The position numbers and the translations under genes are program-made. Below the pieces are notes generated by a model, which searched no databases, was not told the origin of the DNA, and saw only the letters and a list, made by a program, of their open reading frames with translations. This document shows, piece after piece, positions 46,839-56,465 of a DNA stretch of 64,000 bases. Source of the stretch: Alphaproteobacteria bacterium (GTDB taxonomy: Bacteria > Pseudomonadota > Alphaproteobacteria > GCA-2731375); assembly GCA_965232515.1 (NCBI GenBank), contig CBDDPY010000002.1, forward strand, positions 512,001 to 576,000. The letters run 5' to 3'. The first letter of the stretch is position 1. Every line of letters starts with the position of its first letter.

Positions 46839-48875
46839 TCAGATCTTCAGGCCGTCGATGTAGTCCCTGAGCCCGCGCGCGGCCGCCGCGACATCGGCCT
46901 CGGCGGCGTCGATCTCGGGCGCCAGCCGTTCCAGCTCGTCCTCCTGGTCGTTCAGCTTGGCGAGGTAGCGGCGGTAGATGTCGCTCTCGCGCGGCACCCG
47001 GGCCAGGTTGTCGCGGATGCGGTCCTGATCGACGACGATCTCGTTTCGCTCTTCGCGCAGATCGGCCAGGCGCTTCTCTGCTGTGTCGATCACCCGCTTC
47101 AACGCCACCATCTCGGCAAACGCGTTGCGCAGCTTCGGATCGAGCTGCTGCGCCCGGGCGTAGAAGCCGAGCTGCCGGATATCGAGCGTGAGCAGCCGGA
47201 TCGTCTCGCTGCGCGGCCGCTCGGTGACGACGGTCAGCGCGCGCGTGGTGCCGGCGGCGAGCGAGGCCTTCAATCGGTACGTGTTGTCGGTCACGTCGAC
47301 ATCGGACGCGGGCGGCTTCACCAGCCGCCAGCCCGGCTGCCGCGGGTGTGACAGGACCACGCGGCGGGCCTCGCGGGTCGGCGCCTTGATCGTGTAGACC
47401 GTCTCCATCCGGTCGATGCGTTTCAGGCGCAGGACGCCGTCGCTGATCATGCCGGTGGAGATCTGCTGGCTGCTCTTGTCCTCGCGGTCGATCCGGGTCT
47501 TTTCGTCGACGGCGTAGCTCAGCAACCGGGTCTCGTCGACCGGCAGCGGGCCAAGGCGGGCGTCGCCGACATAGGCGACGCTGCCGGCGGCGTTACGCTG
47601 ATAGATCGTCAGCACGCCCGGCGGCAGGCCGCTGTCGCCGTCGTTCTTCAATTCGACCGACGCCAGCAGACGCCGGGGATCCGTCGCAGGCTGATAGAAA
47701 GCCACCTGACCCGACGGCACCGTGCGGTCGGCGATCGGCAACGCCAGACTGCGCCCGGCCTGTACGCTCACCGGCTCGGCGAAGCGGAACAGTACCTGCG
47801 TCGTCGCCTCGTCCGTCTGCGCCGCCACGGCGGCGGGAGCGGGTGTCGCCGGCGCGGCCATCATCAGGTTAGCCGCGCCAACGGCCTCGTTGGTCGACAT
47901 CATCCGTCGCGGTCCGGCCTGCGACTTCAGAGCGCGTTCGCGGTCCTCCTCTTCCGGCATCTCCAAGCGGCCGATCGCGCCGGTGTCGGCCGGCGGCGGC
48001 AGGATGCGGCCCATGACCTCGACCGGAACTTCCGGCCGGTTGACGAAATAGGCCTGATAGAGCGCTTGCCGGAAGGTGACGGGATTGCCCGAGGCGAGTG
48101 TGAGCTCGACGTCGTCCCAGTCCTGGCCACTCAGATTCTCGATCACGGCCCAGCCCTGCAGCAGCGCCGTTTCCGCCGTCGGCTCGTTGGGCAGCGTCAG
48201 GCGGTAGGAGGATTTCCAAAGCGGCGCGCCGACGACATAGCCGACCCGTACGGTGCGGCGGCCCTGGCCGCGGCTGGTGACGGTGAGCCGGCGGCGGTCC
48301 TGCGCGCGGTGTTCGGCGAGCGCCGCCAGGGCCGTGTTGACCTGGGCCTGCAGTTCCGGATCGGCGAAGCTGACGGCCTCGGCCTGCTCCAGTACGAATT
48401 GCCGAAGGCCGGTCGCGGTGATCACACTGACGCGGTGCCGGGTGACGATGTTGCGACCGTCGGGCAGCACGACCTGTTCCGGCACGGCCCGCAGCACACG
48501 GCCCGACAGCGGCTGCGGACCGGTCACTGTGATCTCGGCGCCCTGCAGTGCGTTCAGCAGCGTGACCGGCGAGTTCAGCTCGCCGCGGCCGAACGGCAGG
48601 TCGCGAAACGCCTGGCTCAACGGTTCGCGCCCCGGCAGCTCGACGCCGCCGACATTGCCGGAATCGTCGTAGACGACGATGCTCTTCAGCACGTCGTCCA
48701 CCTGGTCGAGGCGCAGATCGAGGGTAAGCTCGGCATCGCCCTCGACGACCGCCTCATGCTCGAAATAGCCGACGCCGCCGGTCGACAGGAGCACGCGTTT
48801 CAAGGTCAGATCGGCCGCGAGAGCGGGCGAGGCGGCGAACAGCAGGATACAGGCGATGCCGACGCGGAATTTCAT
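46839..48875 (-). CDS. DUF4139 domain exported protein
   Basis: Signal peptide; STGGVGYFEH, DDVLKSI, PLWKSSYRL, LQGWAVIENLSGQDW, coiled-coil end DQDRIRDNL. Confidence 0.85.
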   Translation of the reverse strand: MKFRVGIACILLFAASPALAADLTLKRVLLSTGGVGYFEHEAVVEGDAELTLDLRLDQVDDVLKSIVVYDDSGNVGGVELPGREPLSQAFRDLPFGRGELNSPVTLLNALQGAEITVTGPQPLSGRVLRAVPEQVVLPDGRNIVTRHRVSVITATGLRQFVLEQAEAVSFADPELQAQVNTALAALAEHRAQDRRRLTVTSRGQGRRTVRVGYVVGAPLWKSSYRLTLPNEPTAETALLQGWAVIENLSGQDWDDVELTLASGNPVTFRQALYQAYFVNRPEVPVEVMGRILPPPADTGAIGRLEMPEEEDRERALKSQAGPRRMMSTNEAVGAANLMMAAPATPAPAAVAAQTDEATTQVLFRFAEPVSVQAGRSLALPIADRTVPSGQVAFYQPATDPRRLLASVELKNDGDSGLPPGVLTIYQRNAAGSVAYVGDARLGPLPVDETRLLSYAVDEKTRIDREDKSSQQISTGMISDGVLRLKRIDRMETVYTIKAPTREARRVVLSHPRQPGWRLVKPPASDVDVTDNTYRLKASLAAGTTRALTVVTERPRSETIRLLTLDIRQLGFYARAQQLDPKLRNAFAEMVALKRVIDTAEKRLADLREERNEIVVDQDRIRDNLARVPRESDIYRRYLAKLNDQEDELERLAPEIDAAEADVAAAARGLRDYIDGLKI

Positions 48876-48942
48876 TACGCTTCTCCAAATCTAGCGACGC
48901 AGGTTTTGCATATGCCCGTGAAATTAGGCCGCAATGAGGCGT

Positions 48943-50010
48943 CTATTCGGCGGCCCTGCGACCCCAGCCGAGCAGGCGGAAGACCATGGGCGCGAGCATG
49001 ATGATGAACAGGATACGGACGATATGCATGGTGGCGACGAAGGCCGTGTCGTAGTTCAAAGCGAGCGCCACCAGGCTCATTTCGGCCATGCCGCCGGGGG
49101 CCAAGGCCAGCAGTATGGCGGTACTACTGAAGCCGAGGTACGGCGCCGTCAGCTTGCTGACCACGATGGCGCCGACCAGCATCAGCAGTGCCGAACCTGC
49201 GGCGAACAGCATGGTGCGGCCGACCTCGCGGAACTTCAGTCCAACGAACCGCGCGCCCAGGCTGGCCCCAATCACGATCTGGGCGAGCGCCACCAACAGG
49301 GTCGGCGGCCGGCCCTCGATCAGCCCGCCGGCATAGGCTGCGGCGCAGACGAGCATCGGTCCGACCAGCCGCGCGCCGGGCAGCCGCAGCCAGGTCGCGG
49401 CCACCGAGCCGGAGGCCGCCAGCACCCCCAACAGGGCCAGCTCGCCCCAGGTGATCGGGTGACGATCGCCCTCCAGGTTGGCCATCGACGGCACATAAAA
49501 TCCCTCGATGTAGTTCAGGTACAGTGGCAGCATGAAAACCACGAGCAACACGCGAGTCGCATGCACGAGCGGGATCACCCGGGGATCGCCGCCTTCCTGT
49601 TCACCGATGATCGTCATCTCGCCGAGTCCGCCCGGCGTGGCGCAGAAGTAGCTGGTGATCCGATCGTAGCCGCCGATGCGAATGAAATAGGTCATGGCCA
49701 CCGCACCCATGGCGACGATGAAGACCAGCATCACGCCGAGACCGCCGGCCCATTGCGTGAGCCGGTCGGCAATGTCGGGCGTGAACGCGCTGCCAAGCAG
49801 GGCACCCAGGACGGCCAGCATGACGTTGCGTAGCGGCAGTGAGAAGGCGAGCGGCGCGCCGAACAGGGCGGCGAGCGTGGTCGCGGTCAGGGCGCCCAGC
49901 ATCCAGGCCAGCGGCAGATGAAAGTAGAAGAAGATGGCGCCGCCGACGGCGCCGATGGCGATCGTAATGCCGACGCCGCCGAGCGGCGTCTTCGCCGTGG
50001 CCGCGGTCAG
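48943..50010 (-). CDS. AbrB family (duplicated membrane domain) protein; start uncertain, possibly CTG 50010
   Basis: LPLAWMLG, LGALLGSAF, TPGGLGEM, HATRVL, APGGMAEMSLVA, MHIVRI. Confidence 0.85.
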   Translation of the reverse strand: MTAATAKTPLGGVGITIAIGAVGGAIFFYFHLPLAWMLGALTATTLAALFGAPLAFSLPLRNVMLAVLGALLGSAFTPDIADRLTQWAGGLGVMLVFIVAMGAVAMTYFIRIGGYDRITSYFCATPGGLGEMTIIGEQEGGDPRVIPLVHATRVLLVVFMLPLYLNYIEGFYVPSMANLEGDRHPITWGELALLGVLAASGSVAATWLRLPGARLVGPMLVCAAAYAGGLIEGRPPTLLVALAQIVIGASLGARFVGLKFREVGRTMLFAAGSALLMLVGAIVVSKLTAPYLGFSSTAILLALAPGGMAEMSLVALALNYDTAFVATMHIVRILFIIMLAPMVFRLLGWGRRAAE

Positions 50011-50954
50011 TTGACGAAACGTCCGAACCGGACCGCCGTCTGACCCGGCACGAGGCGCCGCGATGGCATGATCAGGACGCAATCGTCATAGGGCGTGCGC
50101 ACCGGTTCGTCGCCGTCGTTGGCGATCACGGTGCCGGCCTCGGGGATGACTTCCAGACCTTGGAACTCCGTCAGGAACTTGAACGCGTCGGTTTGGATCG
50201 TGATCGGGCCACTGACCTCGATCAGACGCTGGGCCGGCGGCCGTTCGGCCGACAGATGTGGGGCGGCGAAGTCCGGCGTGATCGCGCCAAGATGCAGCAG
50301 GAAGCGAAGCGCGGTTTCGTTCGAGACCTCGACCGCGCTCGGATCCCAGTGCTGACCGCACTCGACCAGCAGAGAATTGCGCGGGCTCGACGGATCGCCG
50401 AAGCCGCCATAGTCGCGCATGCGCCGACCGGCGCTGTGACCTTCGTCGGCCACTACGGTCTCCGGCACGCCGACAGCGGTCGCCAGTTCCCGCCCCTTCT
50501 GCAGCGGACCGCACAGCATCAGCGGCGCGCAATTGAGCTGCATGGAATGGATATCGAGCAGGAAGTCGACCTCGTCGATCACGGGCCGCAGCTCGCGCGC
50601 CCGGCTCAGCTCGGCCGACTGCCGTTCACCGTCCAGCACGTCGACCGACCAGACCCGGTTCAGGTCTTCGTCGATGAAGCGCGACGCCGTCGGATTGTCC
50701 TTGTCGAAGCTTTCGTAGGCCGGCACGTTCGAAAAGCCGAGCGTCAGCACGCCCCGTTCGGGCTGTACTTCGTTTTCGAACAACAGGTTCAAGGTATAGG
50801 CGCCGCACAATTCGTTGCCGTGCGTCAAGGCCATCACCATGACATGTGGACCCGGCTTGCCGCTGTCGAACCGGTGCACATAGTCGACGCCGGTATTTCC
50901 GACCTTGTAAGCGGAAATGTCGATCGGCATCAGATTGACGGGGGGATGAGACAT
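50007..50954 (-). CDS. Succinylglutamate desuccinylase/aspartoacylase (M14) family protein
   Basis: ALTHGNELCG, SRFIDEDLNRVW, LLDIHSM, LVECGQHW. Confidence 0.9.
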   Translation of the reverse strand: MSHPPVNLMPIDISAYKVGNTGVDYVHRFDSGKPGPHVMVMALTHGNELCGAYTLNLLFENEVQPERGVLTLGFSNVPAYESFDKDNPTASRFIDEDLNRVWSVDVLDGERQSAELSRARELRPVIDEVDFLLDIHSMQLNCAPLMLCGPLQKGRELATAVGVPETVVADEGHSAGRRMRDYGGFGDPSSPRNSLLVECGQHWDPSAVEVSNETALRFLLHLGAITPDFAAPHLSAERPPAQRLIEVSGPITIQTDAFKFLTEFQGLEVIPEAGTVIANDGDEPVRTPYDDCVLIMPSRRLVPGQTAVRFGRFVN

Positions 50955-52180
50955 CACAGCTTTTGATAATCGATTGGTTGGTTTCGGTCCAGGGCTTTAC
51001 CCGCCTCCGGCATGGGGTACTTCAGTCCGGTGGCGCAGTTGAACAGGACGACGCGTTCGCCGGATTTGACCCGGCCGTCGGCGATGGCCTGTTTATAGGC
51101 GGCGTAGGTGGCGGCGCCTTCCGGGCATAAAAGCACGCCGGATTTGAACGCCGCCTCCTGGCGGGCGGCCAATGTGTCCTCGTCGTCGACGGCGATGGCG
51201 AAGCCGCCCGACTCTCGCACCGCGCGCAGGATCAGGAAGTCGCCGATGGCGACCGGCACGCGGATGCCGGCGGCGATGGTGGTGGCGTTCTCCCACAGCT
51301 CGGCATGTTCGGCGTCTTCCAGATAGGCGCGGACGATGGGGGCGCAGCCGGCGGCCTGCACCGCGATCATCTTCGGCCGCTTGCTGTCGATCCAGCCCAA
51401 CGCTTCAAGCTCGTCGAACGCCTTCCACATGCCGATCATGCCGGTGCCGCCGCCGGTCGGATAGAAGATCGCGTCCGGCAGCTCCCAGTCGAACTGCTCG
51501 GCGATCTCGAGCCCCATGGTCTTCTTGCCCTCGATGCGATAGGGCTCCTTCAAGGTCGAGACGTCGAACCAGCCCATCGTCTCCTTGCCGTCGGCGACGA
51601 TCTTGCCGCAGTCGTTGATCAGGCCGTTGACCCGATAGACCTTGGCGCCCTGGAGCGCGATCTCGCGCACGTTGATCTCGGGCGTATCCTCGGGGCAGAA
51701 CACGAAGGCCTCGATACCGGCGGCCCGGCAATAGGCGGCAAGGGCGGCGCCGGCGTTGCCGTTGGTCGGCATGGCCATGCGTCTGACGCCCAGTTCCTTC
51801 GCCATCGACACCGCCATGCACAGGCCGCGCGCCTTGAACGAGCCCGTCGGCAGCCGGCCCTCGTCCTTGATCCAGACGCCGTTGCCCAGCATCGGCGTCG
51901 GAACCAGCGGCGTCATGCATTCGCCCAGGCTGACGATGTTTTCGAGATCGCGAACCGGCAGGAACTCGCGATAGCGCCAAAGGTCCGGTGGGCGGGACTG
52001 CAACGTTCCGGGTCCAACCGCTTTGGCCAGGCCGGCGAGGTCATAGCGGACGAGCAGCGGTTTGCCGGCCGGCGACAGGCCGTGCAGTTCATCTGCCGGC
52101 ACCTTTTCGCCGGTCAGGCCGCATTCCAGGTGTGTGACGAAAGTCGGTCGATCGTCGGCGACGTTCAGCCATGTGTGCAT
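50954..52180 (-). CDS. thrC: Threonine synthase-like PLP enzyme
   Basis: LWRYREFLP, SLGECMTPL, KDEGRLPTGSFKARG, PTNGNAG, EPYRIEGKKTMG, YPTGGGTG, CPEGAA, GLKY. Confidence 0.85.
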   Translation of the reverse strand: MHTWLNVADDRPTFVTHLECGLTGEKVPADELHGLSPAGKPLLVRYDLAGLAKAVGPGTLQSRPPDLWRYREFLPVRDLENIVSLGECMTPLVPTPMLGNGVWIKDEGRLPTGSFKARGLCMAVSMAKELGVRRMAMPTNGNAGAALAAYCRAAGIEAFVFCPEDTPEINVREIALQGAKVYRVNGLINDCGKIVADGKETMGWFDVSTLKEPYRIEGKKTMGLEIAEQFDWELPDAIFYPTGGGTGMIGMWKAFDELEALGWIDSKRPKMIAVQAAGCAPIVRAYLEDAEHAELWENATTIAAGIRVPVAIGDFLILRAVRESGGFAIAVDDEDTLAARQEAAFKSGVLLCPEGAATYAAYKQAIADGRVKSGERVVLFNCATGLKYPMPEAGKALDRNQPIDYQKL

Positions 52181-52232
52181 GGCGGCGCATTCTGCAATAT
52201 GCGCCGACGGCCGCCAAGCGGCATGCGCCGGG

Positions 52233-53696
52233 TCAGGCGGTAATCGGAAATACGCCGGGCGGTACGTTGCGGTAGGGCAAGGTGCTGAGGTCGGCCGGGC
52301 CCCAGTCCGGCGTTTCGGCGATGATGATTCGATCCGCCAGGTCTTCATAGACGGCGCGGAAGTGGGTTTTCGAACGCAGCACGATAATGTCGAAGTCGTT
52401 TGGATCCAGATCGAACTGAATGAACGGGTCGGCGTCGATGGCTGAAAGCTGGTTGCTGGTCAGGATGACGGTGATGCCGTTCGAGTCGATCACGGCCGCG
52501 TCGCCGAGATCGACGGGCACGCCTCGGCGCATGGGACCGGTGCCGATATAGCGCTTTGGACCGGCGAAGCGCACAGGCCCCTGCAACAGCACGGGATCGC
52601 CTGCCTGCGCCGACGATCTGCCGCCGACCGCCGTGGCGACATGCGTGCCGACGCCGGCGTTGATGGCGGAGCGGACCGCCACCGGATCCCACAGGTAAGG
52701 TACCGCGACTTTTTTCAAGCCGCGTCTCACGCACTCGCGCAGGACATGCGTCGAGTCATTCATACGGTCGGCATGTTCCAGAATGACGACGGGTTTGTTG
52801 CTGTTCGCGGCATGGGCGACGGCGGCGTCCACCGCCTTCGGCACCGTCAGCAGCAGTTCCTTCTTGTAGAGTTCGTGCTTCCGGTCGGCGATCTGGCGTG
52901 CGAGGTCATCGGCGACACGGTTCGCCAGCAACTCATCGCCATCGGTTATGGCAATGATGCTGCAACCGATGCAGTTGACGTCGGCATAGGCAAAGCCGGT
53001 GAACACCGAGACGTCCAGCACGCCGGGCTGCGTTTCCCACGCCCGGGCCGCGGCCATGATGTCGCAAAGCGGCGACAGGCTGGTGGCGGTGAAAATACTG
53101 GGCAGGACGATGCCCGGTTTGCGCATGGCCATGACCGGGTTCGCTTCGCCCTTCAGCTTGGCGATCAGAAGTCGGGCCGCGCGTTCGCCGGTCCTGTCCA
53201 TATCGACGTGCGGGCTGTGGTGGTAGCCGCAGACGATGTCCGCAAGCGGCAGCAGGGTGGCAGAGAGGTTACCATGCAGGTCGAGCGCGACGGCGATCGG
53301 AAAGTCTGGTCCGACGGTTTCGCGCAGCGCCTGGAGAAAGGCGGTTTCGGGGTCCTGCCGCAGGCGGGTCGCCATGGCGCCGTGCAGATGCAATAGCAGG
53401 CCATCGGGGCGTCCGCTGGCGTCTTCAAGTCCGCCGCGTATGGCGTCGAGATAGGTTTGGAATGCCGCCTCGCTGACCGGCCCGGACGGCGCGCACTCGG
53501 CGTACAGCAGCCCGGTCATCTCGACACCCTCGCGTTCGCAGGCGGCGATAAAGCCACCGGCCACGGCCTTGCTGCCGCTGTAGATGTCGATAACGTCGCT
53601 GCCGCGATGCGCGGTCAGGTTGAAATCTTCCAGCGTGGTCTCGGTGGGCAGAAACGTGACCGTTTCGTGCGCAAAGCCCGCCAGTGCCAGCCGCAT
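52233..53696 (-). CDS. M81 family metallopeptidase (MlrC-like)
   Basis: AGFAHETVTF, LHLHGAM, ALDLHGN, PHVDM, GFAYAD, LRSKTHFRA. Confidence 0.9.
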   Translation of the reverse strand: MRLALAGFAHETVTFLPTETTLEDFNLTAHRGSDVIDIYSGSKAVAGGFIAACEREGVEMTGLLYAECAPSGPVSEAAFQTYLDAIRGGLEDASGRPDGLLLHLHGAMATRLRQDPETAFLQALRETVGPDFPIAVALDLHGNLSATLLPLADIVCGYHHSPHVDMDRTGERAARLLIAKLKGEANPVMAMRKPGIVLPSIFTATSLSPLCDIMAAARAWETQPGVLDVSVFTGFAYADVNCIGCSIIAITDGDELLANRVADDLARQIADRKHELYKKELLLTVPKAVDAAVAHAANSNKPVVILEHADRMNDSTHVLRECVRRGLKKVAVPYLWDPVAVRSAINAGVGTHVATAVGGRSSAQAGDPVLLQGPVRFAGPKRYIGTGPMRRGVPVDLGDAAVIDSNGITVILTSNQLSAIDADPFIQFDLDPNDFDIIVLRSKTHFRAVYEDLADRIIIAETPDWGPADLSTLPYRNVPPGVFPITA

Positions 53697-53839
53697 GTCG
53701 TTTTCCGCTTGCCAGATTGCCGCCGCCAGCTTTATTGCACGGGCGGGCGATTTCCGTCATGGTTTTCCGCAAGCCCCGTCGGTCAACGAACCGACGGAAT
53801 CGACAAGAGAACAGGTAATACAGCAGGGAGTAGGTTGGC

Positions 53840-55423
53840 ATGTTCCACCGAAAGAAACTGACGGCGCTGGCCCTGGCCGCGACGTTGGCGCTGCCGATGG
53901 CGGCGCAAGCGCAGGATCTGACCATCGCGCTGGCCTCCGAGCCGTCGTCGATCGATCCGCATTTCCACAATCTGGGGCCGAACAACGCCGTCGCGCGGGT
54001 CATGTTCGACCGGCTGATCATGCCCGATCACAAGCAGCAGCTTCTGCCGGGGCTGGCGGTGTCGTGGAAGGCCGTCGACGACCTGACCTGGGAATTCAAG
54101 CTGCGCCAAGGCGTGACGTTCCATGACGGTTCGCCATTCACGGCCGACGACGTTGTGTTCACCTTCGAGCGGGCGCCGGATGTCGAGGGCAGCCCCTCGA
54201 GCTTCGGCACCTATCTGAAGGGCAAGACGATCACCAAGATCGATGACTTCACAGTCCAGATCAAAACCGAGCGGCCCTATCCGTTGATGCCGAACGATAT
54301 GTCGACCTTCAGCATCATCTCGAAGAAGCATGGCACCGGCGCCAAGACCGAGGATTACAATTCGGGCAAAGCCACGATCGGTACCGGCGCCTTCAAGTTC
54401 GTCGAATACGTGCCGGGCGACCGCATCGTCATCGAGCGCAACGACGACTATTGGGGCGAGAAGCCGCAGTGGAACCGGGTAACGCTGAAAGCGATCAAAT
54501 CGGGCCCGTCGCGCGTGGCGGCGTTGCTGGCCGGCGATGTCGACCTGATCGAAGGCGTGCCGACAACCGATATCTCGGTGCTGAAGAAAAACGCCGATGT
54601 GACGCTCAGCCAGGGCATCTCGAACCGGGTCATCTACCTGCATCTGGACCACGACCGTGACAGTTCGCCGTTCGTGAAGTCGAACGACGGCGGCGAGATC
54701 AAGAACCCGCTGAAGGACGTGCGCGTCCGGCAAGCGATCTCGAAGGCGATCAGCCGCGATCTGATTGTCGAGCGGGTGATGGAGAACGTGGCGATCAAGG
54801 CCGGCCAGCTGCTGCCCGAAGGCTTCTTTGGTGTCAGCGACAAGCTGGAGCCGGTGGCCTACGATCCCGACGGGGCCAAGAAGCTGCTGGCCGACGCAGG
54901 CTATGCAGACGGCTTCCGCCTGACCATCCACGGGCCGAACGACCGCTACATCAACGACGCCAAGATCGCCGAGGCGGTGGCGCAGATGCTGACGCGCATC
55001 GGCCTCAAGACCGAGGTCGTAACCATGCCGCGGAGCGTCTACTTCAAGCGCGCCTCGCGCGGCGGCCCGGACGGCACGCCGGAGTTCAGCTTCATCCTCG
55101 TCGGCTGGGGCTCGGGCACGGGCGAGGCCTCGTCGCCGCTGAAGTCATTGCTCCACACCTACGACAAGTCGAAGGGCTATGGCGCCTCGAACCGGGGCCG
55201 TTACTCCAACCCCGAGGTCGACAAGCTGATCGAGGATGCGCTGGCGACGGTGGACGACGCCAAGCGTCAGGATCTGCTGGCCAAGGCCACCGAAGTGGCG
55301 ATCAACGACGTCGGCATCATCCCCTTGCACTACCAGGTAAACACCTGGGCGGCGCGCAAGGGGCTGAAATACCGGGCGCGCACGGACGAGGCGACTGTCG
55401 CCACCGACGTGATCCCGGAATAA
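53840..55423 (+). CDS. Peptide/nickel ABC transporter substrate-binding protein (family 5)
   Basis: Signal peptide; SIDPHFH, PGLAVSW, FKLRQGVTFHDGSPFTADDVVFT, IGTGAFKF, PNDRYIND. Confidence 0.95.
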   Translation: MFHRKKLTALALAATLALPMAAQAQDLTIALASEPSSIDPHFHNLGPNNAVARVMFDRLIMPDHKQQLLPGLAVSWKAVDDLTWEFKLRQGVTFHDGSPFTADDVVFTFERAPDVEGSPSSFGTYLKGKTITKIDDFTVQIKTERPYPLMPNDMSTFSIISKKHGTGAKTEDYNSGKATIGTGAFKFVEYVPGDRIVIERNDDYWGEKPQWNRVTLKAIKSGPSRVAALLAGDVDLIEGVPTTDISVLKKNADVTLSQGISNRVIYLHLDHDRDSSPFVKSNDGGEIKNPLKDVRVRQAISKAISRDLIVERVMENVAIKAGQLLPEGFFGVSDKLEPVAYDPDGAKKLLADAGYADGFRLTIHGPNDRYINDAKIAEAVAQMLTRIGLKTEVVTMPRSVYFKRASRGGPDGTPEFSFILVGWGSGTGEASSPLKSLLHTYDKSKGYGASNRGRYSNPEVDKLIEDALATVDDAKRQDLLAKATEVAINDVGIIPLHYQVNTWAARKGLKYRARTDEATVATDVIPE

Positions 55424-55431
55424 GGCCAAAA

Positions 55432-55471
55432 TCGGGGCGGGTTTCTGACAGGGACCCGCCCCGAACCTTTT
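55432..55471 (+). terminator. Hairpin after the SBP gene (attenuator or mRNA stabiliser)
   Basis: TCGGGGCGGGTT...GACCCGCCCCGA followed by ACCTTTT. Confidence 0.6.
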
Positions 55472-55487
55472 CGGACCGGATGCATAG

Positions 55488-56465
55488 ATGACCGCCTTCG
55501 TTATACGGCGGCTGCTGCAAAGCATAGTCGTCGTGTTCGCGATGTCGCTGCTGGTGTTCTTCGGCGTCAACGTCATCGGCGATCCCGTCGACATGTTGAT
55601 CAATCCGGAAGCCGACCAGGAGGACATCGAGGCGGCGATCCGGGCGCTGGGCCTCGACCGGCCGATCCACGAGCAATACTGGTATTTTCTGCTGAATGCC
55701 CTGCAGGGTGATCTCGGCAAATCGTTCATCTTCAACGAGCCGGCGCTGAAGCTGATCCTGCAGCGCATGCCAGCGACGTTGGAGCTGGCCTTCGTGTCCC
55801 TGCTGATGTCGGTGGTGATCGGTATTCCGCTTGGCGTTTACGCCGGCTTGCGGCCGGAAACGCGCGCCAGCAAGACCATCATGGCGGGGTCGATCTTCGG
55901 CTTCAGTCTGCCGACCTTCTGGGTCGGCCTGATGTTCATCATGCTGTTCGCGGTCTATCTGGGTTGGCTGCCGTCGACCGGGCGTGGCGATACCCGAGAG
56001 CTGTTCGGCATCGAGGTCAGTTTCCTGACCTGGGACGGATTGAAGCATCTGTTCCTGCCGGCGCTGAACCTGGCGCTGACGAATATCTCACTGGTCATCC
56101 GGCTGTCGCGCGCCGGCACGCGCGAGGTCGTGCATCAGGATTACATCAAGTTCGCACTGGCCAAGGGTCTGCCGCGCCGACGCGTGGTGATGGTGCATTT
56201 GATGAAGAACATCATGATTCCTGTCGTGACCGTGACCGGTCTGGAGTTCGGCGGCCTGATCGCTTTTTCGGTCGTGACGGAAACGATCTTCGCCTGGCCG
56301 GGCATGGGCAAGCTGATCATCGATTCCATCCTGCTGCTCGACCGGCCTGTGGTGGTGGCCTACCTGATGATCACGGTGATGATGTTCGTGGTCATCAATC
56401 TGGTGGTCGACGTGCTCTATTCGGTGCTCGATCCACGCGTACGTCTGCAGGACGTGAAGGGATGA
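55488..56465 (+). CDS. Peptide ABC transporter permease (DppB-like)
   Basis: LGLDRPI, GDLGKSF, RMPATLELA, DYIKFALAKGL EAA-type loop, ETIFAWPGMG, LDPRVR. Confidence 0.95.
   Translation: MTAFVIRRLLQSIVVVFAMSLLVFFGVNVIGDPVDMLINPEADQEDIEAAIRALGLDRPIHEQYWYFLLNALQGDLGKSFIFNEPALKLILQRMPATLELAFVSLLMSVVIGIPLGVYAGLRPETRASKTIMAGSIFGFSLPTFWVGLMFIMLFAVYLGWLPSTGRGDTRELFGIEVSFLTWDGLKHLFLPALNLALTNISLVIRLSRAGTREVVHQDYIKFALAKGLPRRRVVMVHLMKNIMIPVVTVTGLEFGGLIAFSVVTETIFAWPGMGKLIIDSILLLDRPVVVAYLMITVMMFVVINLVVDVLYSVLDPRVRLQDVKG

Noticed and set aside
48943-50010. Nitrification signal from an AbrB 'putative ammonia monooxygenase' plus cytochrome P460
   Set aside because: AbrB-family membrane proteins are not AmoA; no amoCAB or hao; the P460 is about 29 kb away and appears to lack the catalytic Glu
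52233-53696. Microcystin degradation cluster
   Set aside because: MlrC-like proteins are widespread; mlrA, mlrB and mlrD are absent
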